Program-made: the position numbers and the translations under genes
Shown here: in pieces, positions 59,691-63,234 of the stretch
Numbering within the stretch: position 1 is the stretch's first letter
Layout: the number at the start of each line of letters is the position of its first letter
Notes under the pieces: generated by a model
Databases searched by the model: none
Seen by the model: only the letters and a program-made list of their open reading frames with translations
What the model was told of the DNA's origin: nothing
Assembly: GCA_945862455.1 (NCBI GenBank)
Contig: CAMAXU010000004.1
Location: 1 to 63,234 of the forward strand
Direction of reading: 5' to 3'
Source of the DNA: Rickettsia typhi
GTDB lineage: Bacteria; Pseudomonadota; Alphaproteobacteria; Rickettsiales; UBA1997
DNA length: 63,234 nt

Positions 59691-62600
59691 CTAGCGCCCA
59701 GATCCATTATTTTTTGGTAAATCTCTGATTACTGCATCTTTAATCCAAGATTCCTTAACATTCAACAAACTAGTAACTTTTGCTTCAGATACAGTACTAG
59801 AAGGGGTGGTAATATTTCTCGGACCAGCAAAATCTTCTGAAGTAGAGATTTTATATCCTGCATCTCCTACGTCACCAAATATAAGTTTTGTATTTTTACA
59901 ATCATATTCAGCACGCGACAATAATTCATCAACAGCAGCACCACTAACACTAGAATCACTGTTTCTTTTTATATAATCATGAGTTAATTCACCATAACAC
60001 AAACCTCCATCTGTATCTTCTTCTGCAAAAAAAGGCTTGGATTCGTGAGTCACTTTTCCATTTTCAGTTGAAAATTTTACATATAGATCCACTGATTTTG
60101 TATTCGATAATGAAATTTTATTTATTTTAACAAACTCTTTTGTCTTACCGCTACTACTATCTATAAAAAAATCTTTCGCTATTTTTTTCTTACCAATTGT
60201 TGTATCAGACGCTTCAGCATTATAAGAAAGTATCCTTCCTTCGTGCATTATCGATACTTTGCGCTCAATATCAGGCTCTTGTTCAAAACCAACTCTATTA
60301 ACTTGCGATGTGACTTTAATCTGCATTGCTTGATATTGCTTCAAAATTTTTTGAGCCTCTTTTTCTAAATTAGTCTTGGTTGAATAATAAGAACTTCCTT
60401 CTTCTGTTATTTTTTCTAAATGTTGCTTTAATGCTTTTGTAGAAGCCTCAACATTAGTATATTTTCCCGTATCTGGATTAAGAAAAGAAATTGTGTTTTG
60501 ATCAATTACCGTATCGCCTCTTTTAGATAGTTTGGAAGTTACTTTACCATCTTGACAAAATTTCATATTTCCATCTTTTGGGCAAACCTGACATCTAACG
60601 TAACATTGATAACTACCGCTAATATAAGCATAAGCTGCTTTATCGCCATTTAAATCATCTTTATCCCCAGTCTCGTTGTAACTAAAACCTACCGATACAA
60701 TTTTGGTTCCTCTAGGTCTGTGAAATCCAATCCCGTTTAAATTAGTATGTGGCACTGGAGCTTCTAAAATTTTGCTAATTTCATTTTCTAGTTCTTCTTT
60801 AGGTTCCGAGCTTCCTAAATATTGACGGGAAAAATCTTTTGCAATGCTTTCTACTTCGGAAGTATCGAGACCATTAATCACCTCATTTCCAATCGACTTC
60901 TCAACATCTCGAGCAATTTTATCAGAATATTCCCATGATACTGAGCGCATGAGTTCTTCTACTTTTTCTGACAAAAGAGGAGGGTGATGTAAATTTGGTT
61001 CAGTTAGTTGTTCTGAGTATTTTCTCAAGAATACCTGATCAGTTTCCTCCTTAATTTTATTAAACTCTTCGTCAGAAATAAAAATTTTTGTAACACCTCT
61101 TACTGAAGCATTTACAACGCAATATTTCGCACCTATATTTTTATCTTCAATATGGGCAATTGAAGATAATAAACTTTCTTCACCTTCTTTCCATTTTTTT
61201 AGAGCAGCTTTTTCTACATCTTGAGAAAAATCGTTTAAATCTTTATAACAAGAGACTGGAAGGCCCGAACCATACTGAAGTACTTTTCCTGTCAAAAATT
61301 TGCCACCATGTTCGTCATCACTATATTTTGTTCCCGTGATTTCAGGAATCAAATAATTTTTGCCCTCATTACTCACATAATGATTATACTCGAGATATTT
61401 GTAATCAATCTCTCTATTTCCTGCTATCCATCGAATATGATCATTGATTAACGAACCATTATCAGAAGTCGAACCATCATCAGAATGACTATCACCATTA
61501 TCTGTGTCTGAGCTTCTCGTATCTGAATTGACAGTCGAAGTAACAGACTGATCATCATCATCTGATTCAAGGTAATCACGATCTTCTTCTCCAGCAAGAC
61601 CTTCACCAAAATGATCTTTCTCCCCCCCCTCGACAATCAAATCATCATCAGGCTGATCATCATCTAAGTTAAGCGAACCAAGATCTTCTTCTCTAGCAAG
61701 ACCTTCATCAACATGATCTTTGATCGACGAATCCTCCCCCCCCTCGACAATCAAATCATCATCAGGCTGATCATCATCATCTAAGTTAAGCGAACCAAGA
61801 TCTTCTTCTCTAGCAAGACCTTCATCAACACGATCATCGTTTATTCTACCCTCATCTATTTGATGATCATCCACCTCGTCAGTCGAACCATCATTTTCTT
61901 CTGAAAAAAGATCTTTAACTGCTTCTAGTGCTTCTTCTTCTCCTTTTAAAGCGTTACTATCATCCGTAACTTGACTACTATATGATGCTGAGCTTAAACC
62001 TGATTCAAGAGTTTCTCCAAATGCCTCTGCTTCTGGATTATTTGATGTTGTCGAACCGCCATTTTTTTTTCTCTCTTCGAGCGAAACATCAGCAGGATCT
62101 TTAATTTTATATTCATAAGACGAATCTTCTACTAATTTCTTTACCCCTACTCCTCCTGCTAATCTCTCTAAACGCTTTTCTGCTATCTTCCCTTTTCTAT
62201 CTATAATACCCCTAACAAGACTTTGAATTACTGTAGCAGCTGCAGCTATTTCTTGTTGATGAAAATCTTTACTAACAGCATCTACAATAAAAACGATTGC
62301 TTCTTCTTCTTCCATTTGTCTCAAAGCGACAATTGAATCTCTGACTAATCCTAGAAAAGCTTTATATTTATAACCTTCTGGGATTTTTCCTTCTTCTTTT
62401 AGACCATTAAATTTGGCGTATAACCAGAGATCTTGCTTAATAGTTTTGCCCTTATTACTAACTCCATTCTCAAATTCTGCTGGATTATTAATAGCGTTTG
62501 AATGAAGAGCTTCTTCATGCTTATATGACTTCAATAATAAACGTTGGAAAAAAAAACTTTTCACTTCTTCAGGACTACCAAACTTTTCATGTTCATCCTT

Positions 62601-62915
62601 ACCTTTTGGAATCCATTTTTGTTTTTCATTTAATCCAAGTATTCTGACTATTTCACTTGAATTAAATTTTGATGGATAATTTTCATGCTCTTTTGTTGCA
62701 TCATCAAGGTCTTCGAAGTCCAATTCCATTTGTTTGTAAAATTTCATCAAGTCTTCTTCTACTCTAATCGGTGTACTATCATCAAAATTTAAAATAGTTT
62801 CTTGAGTATATATAAATTCTGCAGCATCTTCAAAAAATTCTTCTTTAGAAGCTCGTTTGTTAGAATCAAGATTTTCAACAATGTTCAGCACATTCTCCTT
62901 CGTAATTTCAGGCAT
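59691..62915 (-). CDS. Large (1074 aa) hypothetical protein with an IQ motif and acidic tandem repeats; effector or surface-protein candidate
   Basis: One uninterrupted ORF with no signal peptide or TM segment. IQSLVRGIIDR at aa 230-240. D/E-rich repeats at aa ~351-456. S/D/T-rich linker, then a ~580-aa C-terminal region containing the cluster CYVRCQVCPKDGNMKFC. Confidence 0.8.
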   Translation of the reverse strand: MPEITKENVLNIVENLDSNKRASKEEFFEDAAEFIYTQETILNFDDSTPIRVEEDLMKFYKQMELDFEDLDDATKEHENYPSKFNSSEIVRILGLNEKQKWIPKGKDEHEKFGSPEEVKSFFFQRLLLKSYKHEEALHSNAINNPAEFENGVSNKGKTIKQDLWLYAKFNGLKEEGKIPEGYKYKAFLGLVRDSIVALRQMEEEEAIVFIVDAVSKDFHQQEIAAAATVIQSLVRGIIDRKGKIAEKRLERLAGGVGVKKLVEDSSYEYKIKDPADVSLEERKKNGGSTTSNNPEAEAFGETLESGLSSASYSSQVTDDSNALKGEEEALEAVKDLFSEENDGSTDEVDDHQIDEGRINDDRVDEGLAREEDLGSLNLDDDDQPDDDLIVEGGEDSSIKDHVDEGLAREEDLGSLNLDDDQPDDDLIVEGGEKDHFGEGLAGEEDRDYLESDDDDQSVTSTVNSDTRSSDTDNGDSHSDDGSTSDNGSLINDHIRWIAGNREIDYKYLEYNHYVSNEGKNYLIPEITGTKYSDDEHGGKFLTGKVLQYGSGLPVSCYKDLNDFSQDVEKAALKKWKEGEESLLSSIAHIEDKNIGAKYCVVNASVRGVTKIFISDEEFNKIKEETDQVFLRKYSEQLTEPNLHHPPLLSEKVEELMRSVSWEYSDKIARDVEKSIGNEVINGLDTSEVESIAKDFSRQYLGSSEPKEELENEISKILEAPVPHTNLNGIGFHRPRGTKIVSVGFSYNETGDKDDLNGDKAAYAYISGSYQCYVRCQVCPKDGNMKFCQDGKVTSKLSKRGDTVIDQNTISFLNPDTGKYTNVEASTKALKQHLEKITEEGSSYYSTKTNLEKEAQKILKQYQAMQIKVTSQVNRVGFEQEPDIERKVSIMHEGRILSYNAEASDTTIGKKKIAKDFFIDSSSGKTKEFVKINKISLSNTKSVDLYVKFSTENGKVTHESKPFFAEEDTDGGLCYGELTHDYIKRNSDSSVSGAAVDELLSRAEYDCKNTKLIFGDVGDAGYKISTSEDFAGPRNITTPSSTVSEAKVTSLLNVKESWIKDAVIRDLPKNNGSGR
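61548..61865 (-). repeat. Coding tandem repeats (two ~105-117-nt units plus a diverged third) containing two G8/C8 homopolymer tracts
   Basis: The protein units VDEGLAREEDLGSLNLDDD(D)QPDDDLIVEGGE occur twice, followed by a diverged FGEGLAGEEDRDYLESDDDDQ. C8 runs lie on the plus strand at 61622-61629 and 61736-61743. Confidence 0.9.
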
Positions 62916-63003
62916 AGTAATTTTATTAAATAATTAAAAATTTTATTCTGTAAGTAATACAAATTTAAAACCCTTTCAAAAAACAAGTGCAAGTAAAATC
63001 TTA

Positions 63004-63234
63004 TTAAAAATTTACCTTACTTTCCTGCCAATATTGATCAGATTTTATTTCATTTAACCGCGAAACCGTTCTAGCAAAGGCTTCAGAACCAATTTTGCTT
63101 TCGTAAATTTTTTCTGATTTAGTTTTCGCCAAAACAATTAATGCTGTTTTATTTTCGTAAACTTCATCAATAAAAAGCACAAAACGCCGCGCTTCATTTA
63201 CATCTTCAGAAGTAAGCTTTGGAACTTTCAATAA
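63004..63234 (-). CDS. zapE: AFG1/ZapE-family ATPase, C-terminal part (N-terminus lies beyond window end)
   Basis: The frame is open to the window edge. ...EARRFVLFIDEVYENKTALIVLA...FARTVSRLNEI matches the AFG1-family C-terminus as I recall it. Confidence 0.65.
   Translation of the reverse strand, partial: LLKVPKLTSEDVNEARRFVLFIDEVYENKTALIVLAKTKSEKIYESKIGSEAFARTVSRLNEIKSDQYWQESKVNF

Noticed and set aside
1-63234. Scan of spacers longer than 150 bp for tRNA, rRNA, tmRNA, RNase P or riboswitch genes. The spacers were 5480-5881, 6857-7027, 22668-22913, 24282-24488, 28159-28537, 29807-30190, 30632-30865 and 46920-47107.
   Set aside because: I saw no T-loop (GGTTCGAAT-like) or acceptor-stem patterns, no rRNA-like conserved blocks, and no THI-box upstream of thiD. 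The spacers are mostly AT-rich and unstructured apart from the repeats already listed. A covariance-model scan (tRNAscan-SE, Infernal) would be needed to exclude small RNAs.

Overview
AT-rich (roughly one-third G+C by eye), gene-dense chromosomal segment. The gene content looks like an obligate-intracellular alphaproteobacterium of the Rickettsiales/Holosporales type; this taxonomic placement is inference. Supporting content: sdhCDAB, a VirB11-type T4SS ATPase, homologues of mitochondrial assembly factors (COQ9, SDHAF4/DUF1674, NDUFAF5-like methyltransferase, MPP-like M16 peptidase, AFG1/ZapE), and palindromic repeat elements, one of them in-frame inside guaA. I support about 57 CDS. Most are housekeeping: fadB', trxB, fabG, cvpA, argD, dac, lpxB, asd, thiD, pyrC, guaA, gpsA, acpS, miaB, comF, ampD, maeB, lpxD, folC, dadA, addB, truA, clpB, folK, gmd, sdhCDAB, proC, rnhA, pilT, mnmG, zapE'. 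I found no rRNA, tRNA, CRISPR array, transposase or integrase. Items worth a second look: (1) a translationally coupled three-gene operon that reads like a fused PilM/PilN, a PilO-like and a PilP-like protein, plus a distant pilT with a TPR partner; (2) two candidate host-targeting proteins, an RNI-type LRR protein ending in a CaaX-like CCTVN tail and a 1074-aa protein with a perfect IQ motif, acidic tandem repeats and two G8 tracts; (3) a palindromic-element family with three intergenic copies (one carrying a nested 9 x 20-bp array), a different palindrome in-frame in guaA, and a 160-bp MITE-like element with perfect 27-bp terminal inverted repeats; (4) two tandem paralogous ~60-aa N/Q/S-rich proteins, one missing from the ORF track, separated by an intrinsic terminator; (5) an unlisted 54-aa SDHAF4/DUF1674 ORF. 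All functional calls rest on motif recognition by eye; no database search was run.
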